DNA from: Eubacteriales bacterium
Lineage (GTDB): Bacteria > Bacillota > Clostridia > JAQUNY01
NCBI GenBank assembly: GCA_028717405.1
Contig: JAQUNY010000002.1
Location: 1 to 33,939, forward strand
DNA: 33,939 bases
Direction of reading: 5' to 3'
Shown: piece by piece, positions 6,563 to 16,202 of the stretch
Numbering within the stretch: the stretch's first letter is position 1
How the letters are laid out: the number at the start of each line of letters is the position of its first letter
Program-made: the position numbers and the translations under genes
The notes under the pieces: generated by a model
The model's database searches: none
Told to the model about the DNA's origin: nothing
The model's input: only the letters and a program-made list of their open reading frames with translations

Positions 6563-9500
6563 TCACTGCATCATATTTTCCTCGTTCCGCACAGGCTCTT
6601 TCCTGATCCCTTCAGCCCCAAATCTCTCTGTCAGCTCGTCATCAAGCGACTTGTTATAGTCGGCATAAAACGGGCCTTCTGCAGTGTTATTCTTTCCATA
6701 CACATATATCGGAGTTTTCCCGGCGAAATATCTGAATAATGCCTGAAGGCTCTTCTCCTGAGCAGTTCCCGCCTTATCTCCCACATGGACGGACACCTGA
6801 AAGTATCCCTGGACAGACTTGCCTGAAGGTGCCCGCATATCACCCCCGGCCGGCCTCACATGTTCAGTTCCGGTCATCCCGGATCTCAGAGCTTCAGCCC
6901 TTTCGAAAATTATTTTTGGTGCTTCTTCTTCTCTGATACTGAGACGGCCTTTTATTATGAGCATATTATCCTGGGCAAGCTGCGCGGAATATTTCTGGTA
7001 ATCAGATGGAAATACAATAATTTCCATGGGCCCGTATAAATCCTCAAGTATCACAAAGGCCATCAGATTGTTGTTCTTCGTGGTTTTTGTCCTGACATCG
7101 GTTATGATACCTCCCACAACAACATGAGCTCCATCCCCGATACCTGTGGCATGAGCTCCCTCCCTGAAACCTGTGATATGCGTTCCCTCCCTGAAACCTG
7201 TGATATGAGTTCCATCCCTGGTAACGGTTCGCAGACCGGCGTGGATCGCCGCAGCAACCGCAGGTTCACTGCTCCCGTCCGGGATCAGCTCCGTTTCTGT
7301 TTCTGTTACAATTTCCGTTTCTGTATCAGCATCAGCTTCAGCATAGGGCTCTCCCATATGCTCTGCATTATCCACATGTTCCGCCAGATGTTCAGTGTGT
7401 TCTGCCAGGCTCTCGAGCATACCGCTTGTAAACGTACATATAGTCTCCAGTTCCTCTCTGTACTCATCCAGAGGATGCCCCGAAACATAAAGGCCAAGCA
7501 TCTCCTTTTCCATTGAAAGGAGCACCTTCTCAGGATATTCCTTCAAATCCGGATATTCCTCAGTGAGAAGAGGGTCAGCTGATGCAACCATTTCGAACAA
7601 CGACAGCTGGCCTTCAATGCTTTTCTTCTTTGCGGCATTTGCCCCGTCGATCATTTTTTCATATACCGCCATGAGCCTGGATCTGAAAATCCCAAAGCTG
7701 TCGAAAGCCCCGCATTTGATAAGGCTTTCCACCGCTTTTTTATTGACTGTCCCAAAGTCCGTCCTCATGCAAAAATCCTTAAGTCCTGTGTAAGGTCCGT
7801 TTTTCTTTCTCTCAGCAGCTATAGACGCTGCTGCCCCCCATCCCGTGTTTTTAACTGCGGCAAGCCCGAACAGGATATCCTTGTCGCCGATGGAAAACCT
7901 GTCCGCACTCGAATTTACGTCGGGAGGCCTTACTTTGATCTCAATCGCCCTGCATTCCTGAACATATTCCGCAATTTTGCCGCTGTTGCCCATAAAACTG
8001 TTAAGGCACGCGGTCATAAATTCTACCGGGAAATAGTATTTGAGCCATGCGGTCTGACAGGCTATAACCGCGTATCCTGCTGCATGCGACTTGTTGAAGG
8101 CATATCCCGCAAAATGCATCATTTCATCAAAAATCCTGTTTGCAGTATCTTCATCGATCCCGTTTTTTATACATCCCGGAGCCAGGACAGTGCCATCGCC
8201 GTCTTTTATTCCATAAAGGAAGTTCTGCCTCTCCCTCGCCATAACATCAGGTTTCTTGGCAGACATGGCCCTCCTGATCAGGTCAGCCCTTGCCATAGAG
8301 AACCCCGCCAGTTCCCTGACTGTCTGCATGACCTGCTCCTGATAAACCATGCATCCATACGTAACATCAAGTATTTTTTCGAGCGCCGGGTGTGCGTATG
8401 TGACTTCTTCCCGATTAGCCTTATTTCTTACATATCTTGGTATCTGATCCATGGGGCCGGGTCTGTAGAGCGAAATACCGGCGATTATATCTTCCAGTGA
8501 CGCCGGTCTGAGATCCTTCATAAACCTTGTCATGCCAGGGCTTTCAAGCTGGAATACTCCGACAGTACGCCCTTCGGCTATCATCAAATATACATTGGGA
8601 TCATCCATGCTTATCCCGTCAATGTCGATAACCCTTCCTGCAGCTTTTCCGGCAAGATCTGCAGCCTCCTTCATAACTGTCAGGTTCCTGAGGCCCAGAA
8701 AATCAATTTTCAAAAGTCCCGTTTCTTCTATCGGGTATTTTGAAAACTGCGTTACCACGACATCCTCATTTTTTGCCAGCGGCACATACTCGGTAACAGG
8801 CTCTTTTGTGATCACGACACCGGCCGCATGTGTGGAGGCATGTCTGGGCATTCCTTCAAGGAGCCTCGCCGTCTGTATAAGTTCCGCCGCCGAACTGTCT
8901 TCTTCAACTTTTTTTCTTAGTTCGGGATTTAGTTCAAGCGCCTTTTCAATACTGACGCCTATCTGGAAAGGTATCATTTTGGCTATTGCGTCGACCTCGG
9001 CATACGGCATGTCAAGAACACGCCCGACATCCCTTATTGCAGCCCTGGCAGCCATAGTTCCGAAGGATATGACCTGTGCCACATGGTCGCTGCCGTATTT
9101 CCCGATCACATAATTGATGACCTCCTGCCGCCTTTCAACACAAAAATCTATGTCAAAATCAGGCATACTGATCCTTTCGGGATTGAGAAAACGTTCAAAC
9201 AGCAAGCCGTACTTCAACGGATCGATGTTTGTTATCCCCAGCGCATACGCCGCAATACTCCCTGCTCCCGATCCCCTGCCCGGTCCTACCGGTATGCCGT
9301 TTTCCCTGGCAAACCTTATGAAATCCCAGACAATCAGATAATAATCGGCATATCCCATACTGCCAATTACAGAAAGCTCAAAATCGAGTCTTTGTGCTGT
9401 TTCCGGCCGGTATCCGGTGCCATAGCGCCTGACAAGGCCCGTTTCGCACAATTCTCTTAAATATCGGATGTGTTTTTCAGCTCTGTCTGACGGGTTTTGA

Positions 9501-10384
9501 CCTTCCGCGCCGTCCCCCGGGATCATGAACTCGGGGAGCTTCGTACTGCCCATTTCGAGTTCTACATTACATCTTGCAGCGATCCTTACAGTATTTGCTA
9601 TCGCCTCGGGGAAAGCGGCAAAAGCCTTCTCCATTTCTTCCGGAGATCTGATGTACAACTCGTCTGTTTCAAACCTCATCCTGTCCGCATCATTTATACT
9701 TTTGCCCGTCTGTATGCACATAAGTATTTCCTGAGCCCTTGCGTCCTCGCGCCTCAGGTAGTGCGCATCGTTGGTCGCGACAAGCGGTATCCCCGTCCCG
9801 GCTGAAATCTGCGCTATCTGCTGGTTGACAAGGCTTTGTCCCTTGATCCCGCTGCTCTGCATCTCAAGGTAAAAATTTCCCCTGCCGAATATCCTGTCAT
9901 ACATCAGGGCTTTCTGTTTTGCCCCTGCAATGTCTCCCGCAAGTATCGCTTCCGGTATTTCACCGGAAAGGCACGCGCTTAAGGCAATGATACCTTCGGA
10001 ATGGCGGGCGATATATTCAGCGTCTACACGGGGCTTGTAGTAAAAGCCTTCAGTAAATCCCGCCGAGACAATCTTCATAAGGTTTTTGTAACCGGCCATG
10101 TTTTCCGCAAGCAGCACCAGGTGATTCTGGTCAGAATCCACTCCCGGCTGTTTGTCTGTCATCTTTCTGCGCGAGACATACACCTCGCATCCCATAACAG
10201 GCTTTATACCATTCTGCCTGGCTGCCTTGTAAAAGTCAACGGCGCCGTACATGGCGCCGTGGTCTGTCATTGCTATACTGTCCATACCCAGTTCGGCAAC
10301 GTACCGCGCCAGGTCCTTTATCCTTATCGCCCCGTCAAGAAGGCTGTATTCCGTATGTACATGCAAGTGGGCAAATCTGCTCAT
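6563..10384 (-). CDS. dnaE: DNA polymerase III alpha subunit (DnaE type) with an atypical low-complexity insertion before the OB fold
   Basis: The PHP domain starts MSRFAHLHVHTEYSLLDGA. Also present are SMPDFDIDF, LKIDFLGLRNLT, FNKSHAAGYA and the OB fold VVVGGIITDVRTKTTKNNNLMAFVILEDLYG. I trimmed the start to the ATG at 10382-10384; the track extension overlaps the upstream gene. Confidence 0.97.
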   Translation of the reverse strand: MSRFAHLHVHTEYSLLDGAIRIKDLARYVAELGMDSIAMTDHGAMYGAVDFYKAARQNGIKPVMGCEVYVSRRKMTDKQPGVDSDQNHLVLLAENMAGYKNLMKIVSAGFTEGFYYKPRVDAEYIARHSEGIIALSACLSGEIPEAILAGDIAGAKQKALMYDRIFGRGNFYLEMQSSGIKGQSLVNQQIAQISAGTGIPLVATNDAHYLRREDARAQEILMCIQTGKSINDADRMRFETDELYIRSPEEMEKAFAAFPEAIANTVRIAARCNVELEMGSTKLPEFMIPGDGAEGQNPSDRAEKHIRYLRELCETGLVRRYGTGYRPETAQRLDFELSVIGSMGYADYYLIVWDFIRFARENGIPVGPGRGSGAGSIAAYALGITNIDPLKYGLLFERFLNPERISMPDFDIDFCVERRQEVINYVIGKYGSDHVAQVISFGTMAARAAIRDVGRVLDMPYAEVDAIAKMIPFQIGVSIEKALELNPELRKKVEEDSSAAELIQTARLLEGMPRHASTHAAGVVITKEPVTEYVPLAKNEDVVVTQFSKYPIEETGLLKIDFLGLRNLTVMKEAADLAGKAAGRVIDIDGISMDDPNVYLMIAEGRTVGVFQLESPGMTRFMKDLRPASLEDIIAGISLYRPGPMDQIPRYVRNKANREEVTYAHPALEKILDVTYGCMVYQEQVMQTVRELAGFSMARADLIRRAMSAKKPDVMARERQNFLYGIKDGDGTVLAPGCIKNGIDEDTANRIFDEMMHFAGYAFNKSHAAGYAVIACQTAWLKYYFPVEFMTACLNSFMGNSGKIAEYVQECRAIEIKVRPPDVNSSADRFSIGDKDILFGLAAVKNTGWGAAASIAAERKKNGPYTGLKDFCMRTDFGTVNKKAVESLIKCGAFDSFGIFRSRLMAVYEKMIDGANAAKKKSIEGQLSLFEMVASADPLLTEEYPDLKEYPEKVLLSMEKEMLGLYVSGHPLDEYREELETICTFTSGMLESLAEHTEHLAEHVDNAEHMGEPYAEADADTETEIVTETETELIPDGSSEPAVAAAIHAGLRTVTRDGTHITGFREGTHITGFREGAHATGIGDGAHVVVGGIITDVRTKTTKNNNLMAFVILEDLYGPMEIIVFPSDYQKYSAQLAQDNMLIIKGRLSIREEEAPKIIFERAEALRSGMTGTEHVRPAGGDMRAPSGKSVQGYFQVSVHVGDKAGTAQEKSLQALFRYFAGKTPIYVYGKNNTAEGPFYADYNKSLDDELTERFGAEGIRKEPVRNEENMMQ
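7124..7231 (-). repeat. Four tandem 27-bp in-frame repeats inside dnaE
   Basis: The units start at 7124, 7151, 7178 and 7205, each beginning atgag/atgcg. The central two are nearly identical (..tccctccctgaaacctgtgat). They encode TRDGTHI TGFREGTHI TGFREGAHA TGIGDGAHV. Confidence 0.85.
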
Positions 10385-10415
10385 CGTTATAGGCTCCGTC
10401 CCGCCAAATAAGGTA

Positions 10416-12218
10416 TTATCGCCGTAAAGCATCAAGAACATCTGAAACGCTTTTTCTGAGGCATATGATCTGTTCGGCAGCTTTTGCTCCGCTCTCCGCC
10501 TTCACTCCGAAATAAAGCTTGATTTTGGGTTCTGTCCCTGAGGGTCTTACCGCAAACCAGGCATCTTGTTCAAGCTCAAAATAAATAACGTCGGATTTCT
10601 TAAAATCAAGTTTTTCCGGTGACGCATTCTCTGAAGGATCCCTGACCAGTCTCCTGGTACCGCTTTTATAATCCTTCACCGCAACTGCGTCAAAGCTGCC
10701 GAATCCCGAAGGGCAGTTCATTCTGAGACTATTCATGATCCTTTTTATTTCCTGCGCACCGGTTTTACCTTTTAAAGTCATGGAACAGGTATATTCCATA
10801 TGGTACCCATATCTGCGGTACAGGCAGTCAAGTGCTTCATGGAGAGTCTTTCCATTCCTGCGGTGCCATTCCGCCATTTCGGCTATGAGCATTGCCGCGC
10901 AAACTGCGTCCTTATCCCTTACATAGGTCCCGGCCAGATATCCGTAGCTTTCCTCAAAGCCGAATATGTAGCGGCTGTTTCCGCCTTCAGATTCATCCAG
11001 CTCTCTGATCTTTTCCGCAAAAAACCGGAATCCGGTATAAGCTTCAACGTGTTCAACACCATAAGCGCCTGCAATTGCAGCTGCCATCCTTCCGGTCACA
11101 ACTGAGGTCATAATAAAAGCATTTAAGGGGAGCGTACCCGTCTCTTTCCTGCGTTCCAGAATAAAATCCGTAAGAAGGTAGCCTGTCTGGTTTCCGGTAA
11201 GCATCCTGTACGTCCCTGCCCTGTCGGCAGCCATTACCCCGATCCTGTCACAATCAGGGTCGGTGGCTATTGCCAGATCTGCTCCGGTTTTAGCGGCAAG
11301 TTTCAGCGCATATTCAAAAACCGGCTCATCCTCCGGATTGGGATATTTTACAGTCGAAAAAAGGGGATCGGGCATTTCCTGCTCCCTCACGATAAAAACA
11401 TTGCCGAATCCGGTCTCCGACAGGATCCTTCTCACCGGTTTGCTGCCGGTCCCATGAAGGGGCGTATATACGATCCTGAGCATGCGGGCTCCGGCTTCTT
11501 CTGCCGAAAATCCTCCGCTTACAGCCTTAGCAGCCTTTGGCTCCCATACTCTCACTGCTCTGACACTGCGAAAAAAAGCATCCTCGACTTCCTCCGCAAC
11601 GCCTGTTAAAAGTCCGGAAGCCAACGCCCTGCTGATTTCGACAGTCATTATTTCTTCATTTTCCTCTATGGCCGATATCTCTGCGCAGACCACTGCGGAG
11701 GCTTCCGACGAAAGCTGCCCTCCGTCCGGGCCGTACACCTTATACCCATTGTATTCACTGGGATTATGGCTTGCGGTGATGCAAATACCGGCAGCTGCTC
11801 CAAGCTCTCTGACCGAAAAAGAAAGCAGAGGCACCGGTTTTATTTCATCAAACAAATACGTCCTGACTCCATTGGCAGCGAGGACACCGGCTGCTTCCGA
11901 GGCAAACTCTCTTGACATACGCCTGCTGTCATATGCGATCACGACGCCTCTGCCAGCAGCCCTGCAGCCCTGCTTCAGTATGTACGCCGCCAGGCCTTGC
12001 GTAGCCCTTCTGACAGTGTATACATTCATCCTGTTGGTTCCGGCGCCTATGACTCCCCTCAAGCCTGCTGTTCCGAATTCCAGCTCCCTGTAAAATCTGT
12101 CCTCTATCTCTTCCCTGCTGTCTTTGATTTTTTCAAGTTCGTTCCTGGTGCCGGCGTCATAATACAGGCTGTTCAACCAGCTCCTGTATACTTCCATGCT
12201 GTCTCGTTTTTTGTACAT
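10416..12218 (-). CDS. pgcA: Alpha-phosphoglucomutase / phospho-sugar mutase (PgcA type)
   Basis: Contains FYRELEFGTAGLRGVIGAGTNRMNVYTVRRATQGLAAYI, the active-site TASHNPSEYNGYKVY and the TDPDCDR Mg loop. It is collinear with my memory of B. subtilis PgcA. The start could instead be the internal ATG at 12195-12197. Confidence 0.9.
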   Translation of the reverse strand: MYKKRDSMEVYRSWLNSLYYDAGTRNELEKIKDSREEIEDRFYRELEFGTAGLRGVIGAGTNRMNVYTVRRATQGLAAYILKQGCRAAGRGVVIAYDSRRMSREFASEAAGVLAANGVRTYLFDEIKPVPLLSFSVRELGAAAGICITASHNPSEYNGYKVYGPDGGQLSSEASAVVCAEISAIEENEEIMTVEISRALASGLLTGVAEEVEDAFFRSVRAVRVWEPKAAKAVSGGFSAEEAGARMLRIVYTPLHGTGSKPVRRILSETGFGNVFIVREQEMPDPLFSTVKYPNPEDEPVFEYALKLAAKTGADLAIATDPDCDRIGVMAADRAGTYRMLTGNQTGYLLTDFILERRKETGTLPLNAFIMTSVVTGRMAAAIAGAYGVEHVEAYTGFRFFAEKIRELDESEGGNSRYIFGFEESYGYLAGTYVRDKDAVCAAMLIAEMAEWHRRNGKTLHEALDCLYRRYGYHMEYTCSMTLKGKTGAQEIKRIMNSLRMNCPSGFGSFDAVAVKDYKSGTRRLVRDPSENASPEKLDFKKSDVIYFELEQDAWFAVRPSGTEPKIKLYFGVKAESGAKAAEQIICLRKSVSDVLDALRR

Positions 12219-12242
12219 ATGTCTCCCGGTTTTTGAGGTTTC

Positions 12243-14261
12243 TTAAACTTTTATTTCATACATATCAAACATCATCAGCGGTTCTGTCCTGAATACCGCA
12301 CGTCCGTTTTCATAATCAAACGGCATATTTTTCGCGTCTCCGATCCTTTTTACAGATACAGGCCTGGCTCCGGTCTTTACGGAAACATCAAATCCGTCAA
12401 GACGCAGTTTTTCATTCGAGAATAAGAGATCGACCGCGCTGACCAGATAGCTGTCAGGAGTTTTAAATCCCACCACTTCAACCTGCCTGGGAGCAGATGA
12501 GGATAATGTCTGGTCGCCGGGCTTCACAAACATGCGGAAAATATTGATCATTATCTGCCTGAAAGCCAGCCTCGGGTCATTTTCTATGGGTGCGGCAGAC
12601 CATATAACAGTTCCTTTACCGCATTTTCTGACAATGAGCGCCGGATATTCCGTCATGATCCCCGGAGGATTTGAATGTATGGAAGCAAATTTCTTCTCAC
12701 CCGGTACGGTATACGGCAGCTTGATATATGCCAGTATGCCTTCCCTGCTGTCCGTCCCGACAACGGGCAGTTTATAGAACACAGGAAGGGGATACTTCTC
12801 ATTGAACTCGCCGAAAACCTCCAGTCCTTTCCCCACAGGTGCGATATAAGTACGGTTTTCTTTGGTCATCTCCCTGAAACGGATACCCGCAAGGTCGGCA
12901 ATAAGGCTTTCCTCTTCAGTCCCGCTTATATACAGGGTCCCGCCGTTTTTAACATAGTCAGAGAGGTTTTTTCCCTGTTCTTTGCTTAATCCGGCAATAG
13001 ACGGGGCAAATACAAAGCTGAACTCTTTAAGCCTGTCTGTGCACCCATGTGAAATAACACCCGCAGGGATATTGTTCATAACAAGGGTTTTCACCAGGTT
13101 TACCGAACAGGTTTTACTGGTAAAGTCCTGCCCGTCCCTGTTATAGCGTCCGGATGTGCTGTAATATACTGCGGTGTCCTCGATCATATCGCCCTTGAAA
13201 TAAGGCTCATATATCATCTGTTTCTCAAAAACCCTGCCGATCCTGTCATACACCCTTGCATCAAGTGTCCCCACCGGATCAATGGCATCTATTATGAATG
13301 AAGCTCCGTGATGTGCCGCGGTCAGCATGACCTCGACTGTGAGGGCTTCTTCGCTTTTTGTTATGGTATGCTGAGAAAGATTGCTGTCACAGCGGCAGGT
13401 CATATATTCAAAGGGCTGGTTCCTGGTAACATTCCTGTAATATTTAGCCGTAAAGGAATGATTATAAAGATCTCCGTATAGATCCCCTCCTGCGTAGTCG
13501 CAGGATTCGTTCACCGATTCGTCTGATCCGCGCTGCCATTCTCCGGCCACAGCCGACGCATAGTTATGTTCAACACTGACCCCGGGCATGAGCCGTTTGG
13601 TCTCTGTCGCAGCCCACATGGCAAATTCGCCCATCCAGCTGCGGCGCCTGTCCATATATTTTTTCCATGTCGGATCGTACCAGTCCGGCTTTACGGGTAT
13701 CTCAGCGATACCGGTTTCTTCCTTAAGCCTTTCACGGCAGTGATCACAGTTGCAGAGTGCAGGCCAGAAGAGCATATCATAAAACATGCCTTCAACTTTG
13801 AAATATTCAGCCATTTCCTTTATCTGTTCAAGCACAAAGGCTCTGTATTCCATATTATTGGGGCAGCAATGGCCGTAACGCCCGCCCTTCTGGCGTGCTG
13901 AAAGCCCGTCTTCGCCGGTCCTGATCCTCCATTCGGGATGTTTGTCTTCAGCCCATGTGTTGTATATAAGGCTGTAATAGCCGACAACGTCCATCCCTTC
14001 AGCATGGCAAAGGTCTATCAGCTTTTTTATATAATTTTCATGTCCTTCCAGTGAAGCGTGCATATGTCCGGATTTGGTCGGGAAATAGCAGTGGCCGGCA
14101 TGTGACTGAAGATATATCATCGGAGATTGTATATGGGCTTTCTTCAGGTTCTCCAGATAAGCCTCCGCAGAGAATTCCGACAAAAAGCGCGGATCCCAGT
14201 CCTCGATATGCATGTCTACAAGGTTGCGCCTGTAACTCTTGCTGTACCATTTTGATTCCAT
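12243..14261 (-). CDS. Putative glycoside hydrolase-like protein (GHL6 / GH42-like TIM barrel plus trimerisation-like domain)
   Basis: 672 aa. It has an N-terminal RRNLVDMHIEDWD motif and a Cys cluster (CCPNN .. CNCDHC) reminiscent of the GH42 Zn site. There is no signal peptide. The family assignment is from memory only. Confidence 0.45.
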   Translation of the reverse strand: MESKWYSKSYRRNLVDMHIEDWDPRFLSEFSAEAYLENLKKAHIQSPMIYLQSHAGHCYFPTKSGHMHASLEGHENYIKKLIDLCHAEGMDVVGYYSLIYNTWAEDKHPEWRIRTGEDGLSARQKGGRYGHCCPNNMEYRAFVLEQIKEMAEYFKVEGMFYDMLFWPALCNCDHCRERLKEETGIAEIPVKPDWYDPTWKKYMDRRRSWMGEFAMWAATETKRLMPGVSVEHNYASAVAGEWQRGSDESVNESCDYAGGDLYGDLYNHSFTAKYYRNVTRNQPFEYMTCRCDSNLSQHTITKSEEALTVEVMLTAAHHGASFIIDAIDPVGTLDARVYDRIGRVFEKQMIYEPYFKGDMIEDTAVYYSTSGRYNRDGQDFTSKTCSVNLVKTLVMNNIPAGVISHGCTDRLKEFSFVFAPSIAGLSKEQGKNLSDYVKNGGTLYISGTEEESLIADLAGIRFREMTKENRTYIAPVGKGLEVFGEFNEKYPLPVFYKLPVVGTDSREGILAYIKLPYTVPGEKKFASIHSNPPGIMTEYPALIVRKCGKGTVIWSAAPIENDPRLAFRQIMINIFRMFVKPGDQTLSSSAPRQVEVVGFKTPDSYLVSAVDLLFSNEKLRLDGFDVSVKTGARPVSVKRIGDAKNMPFDYENGRAVFRTEPLMMFDMYEIKV

Positions 14262-14387
14262 GATAATAACCGTCCTTTTTAAATAATGATTTTTTCTGTG
14301 ATCTTCATATGATATGTATAGCAGTCTCCTTCCGTCAGTCTTTGAAACTGCGACTCTGTTTGCATATATATTTTATCATATCTGTTG

Positions 14388-14393
14388 TATAAT
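14388..14393 (+). promoter_or_regulatory. Perfect -10 hexamer (TATAAT) 6 nt upstream of the ATG of the membrane-protein gene; candidate leaderless transcript
   Basis: The sequence is ctgttgTATAATcgtacaATG. I found no SD and no good -35 element. Confidence 0.3.
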
Positions 14394-14399
14394 CGTACA

Positions 14400-16202
14400 A
14401 TGAAAACATATGGCGGAGTCCGCCCTGACCTGCTGAAAATAATATTGCCGTTTTTTATTCTCTGCGCGCTTTTAGCTTTTTCTTTATCTCTTGTTACTGG
14501 CCGCCTTTATATGCGTAATGTCGCGGAATCAAAAAATAATGCGGTGCTTTTTTGTGCCGGTGGCCATGAAGAACCATTTACCGAAATTGATTTCGGATTG
14601 CTTCATTCATATGGAATAAATGCGGTTGCGATAAGCCCCATAAGCCCTGTATACATTGATCATGATGTGATCAATAAGATAAAGGGTGCCGGTCTTGAAG
14701 TGGTGCTGAGGATACCCGGCCGGCTTCCTGCTCAAACTTCGGCCGATATTGTAAACAGGCACGGTATTAAATGTGTCATCCTGGATGCCCTCGAAGAAGC
14801 GCCTCCCGGAGACTACTGCGATATGCTGGCTGATTTCAGTGATTCGGGGGTATTCATTGGCCTTATTGAAGGCGAAAAACAGACCGGTTTTGTAAATGAT
14901 GAATACATTGCCGGATTTATTGAAAACAACTGTCCGGCAGCTGTACGCAAAGTATTTGACGCGGGAAATACCGGATACATAAATGATCCTGCCTCAGCTC
15001 TTTATATATGGTTGAGAAGCATAGTCGACAGAGGCAACAGGATCATAATAGTCAGTACTCCGGATCTGGAAGGCAACAACAATTCAGGAGAAGGTCTCCT
15101 GGAAAGCCGGGGATACAAAAGAGCTTCAAGTTCCGCAGATCTTACCCCATATATTCCGGAGCAGCGCGGCACCGATCCACTTATCCCGGCCGCGGTTTTC
15201 CTTCTGCTGTCATTTTCGATCATCTTGTTTTATTTTTCCATCCGCTCAAAATTGAGAGATCTTGGAAGAATATACGGGCTCAATGTCACCGAAGACAAAC
15301 TCCCTGTCTCCTGGCTTCATGCCGGCTTTGTATTTACAGCGGCGGGACTGTTTTTTTTGCCTCCCGGCGAAATAGCAGTTCTTGCCGTGACTTTGTTTTT
15401 TCCGTTTTTTGCAGCGACTGCCTTGATGCTCTCATCCACAAATACTTCCGGCAGGCCGTCGGCAAACGTTTTGACTGCGGCAGCATCATTTGCCGCATAT
15501 ATATTATTAAGCTTATTTGGCGGCCTGATGTCGGCTTCAGTGCTTTCAGGTTTCAGATATGCATCCGGCGCCGGGATTTATCTCGGCACATACCTCTCTT
15601 TTACAGGCCCGCTTCTTCTGTCGGCATTATTTTATGCTGAATATTCATCGATATGTTCATCCATATCCCGCATCACAGGATGCCAATGCCTGTCAATCCG
15701 AGGCCGGGGCTCGCGCAGTATTTATTTCACGAGGTTGCTTTTCAGGGCAGTTTCCATATCAGCACTTGCAGCCGTACTTTATATTTATCTTTCCAGAAGC
15801 GGCAATCATTCGATCCTGCCTGCATGGCCTTCTGAGATCCGCGTCAGGGAGTCCCTCGAATACCTTCTTCCTGTGCGTCCTCGTTTTAAGGAGTTCCTGG
15901 TTGCCTATCCCTGCGCCTTCCTGTTTCTCTGTCCTGTTTCCGGCAGACAGGGCAGGATGATCCCACCAGGTATGATATATAAATCAAAATCCGGATTCTA
16001 TCTGCGCCTGCTGCTGATATCAGGGATAACTGCCGGGAGCATTTCGATAATAAACAGCTTTTGCCACGGATTTACGCCTCTGTCAGTTTCATTTTCAAGA
16101 ACACTTTCCGGCATTTTCATCGGAGTTTTCATATGCTTTATACCCGTCGTTTTTTACAAATTGTTTCGTTTTGCCCGGGGAAGATCCCAAAGAGTAAAGT
16201 AA
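14400..16202 (+). CDS. Large polytopic membrane protein (possibly DUF5693-like): N-terminal anchor, extracytoplasmic domain of about 230 aa, then many TM helices
   Basis: The long ORF has an N-terminal TM (ILPFFILCALLAFSLSLV) and a soluble segment, then repeated hydrophobic helices from about residue 265. The track start is TTG at 14385; I prefer the ATG at 14400. The family name is from memory and low-confidence. Confidence 0.45.
   Translation: MKTYGGVRPDLLKIILPFFILCALLAFSLSLVTGRLYMRNVAESKNNAVLFCAGGHEEPFTEIDFGLLHSYGINAVAISPISPVYIDHDVINKIKGAGLEVVLRIPGRLPAQTSADIVNRHGIKCVILDALEEAPPGDYCDMLADFSDSGVFIGLIEGEKQTGFVNDEYIAGFIENNCPAAVRKVFDAGNTGYINDPASALYIWLRSIVDRGNRIIIVSTPDLEGNNNSGEGLLESRGYKRASSSADLTPYIPEQRGTDPLIPAAVFLLLSFSIILFYFSIRSKLRDLGRIYGLNVTEDKLPVSWLHAGFVFTAAGLFFLPPGEIAVLAVTLFFPFFAATALMLSSTNTSGRPSANVLTAAASFAAYILLSLFGGLMSASVLSGFRYASGAGIYLGTYLSFTGPLLLSALFYAEYSSICSSISRITGCQCLSIRGRGSRSIYFTRLLFRAVSISALAAVLYIYLSRSGNHSILPAWPSEIRVRESLEYLLPVRPRFKEFLVAYPCAFLFLCPVSGRQGRMIPPGMIYKSKSGFYLRLLLISGITAGSISIINSFCHGFTPLSVSFSRTLSGIFIGVFICFIPVVFYKLFRFARGRSQRVK

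Noticed and set aside
7124-7231. Tandem 27-bp repeats considered as a possible CRISPR or minisatellite element.
   Set aside because: The units are directly adjacent with no spacers and stay in frame within dnaE. This is a coding tandem repeat, not a CRISPR array.
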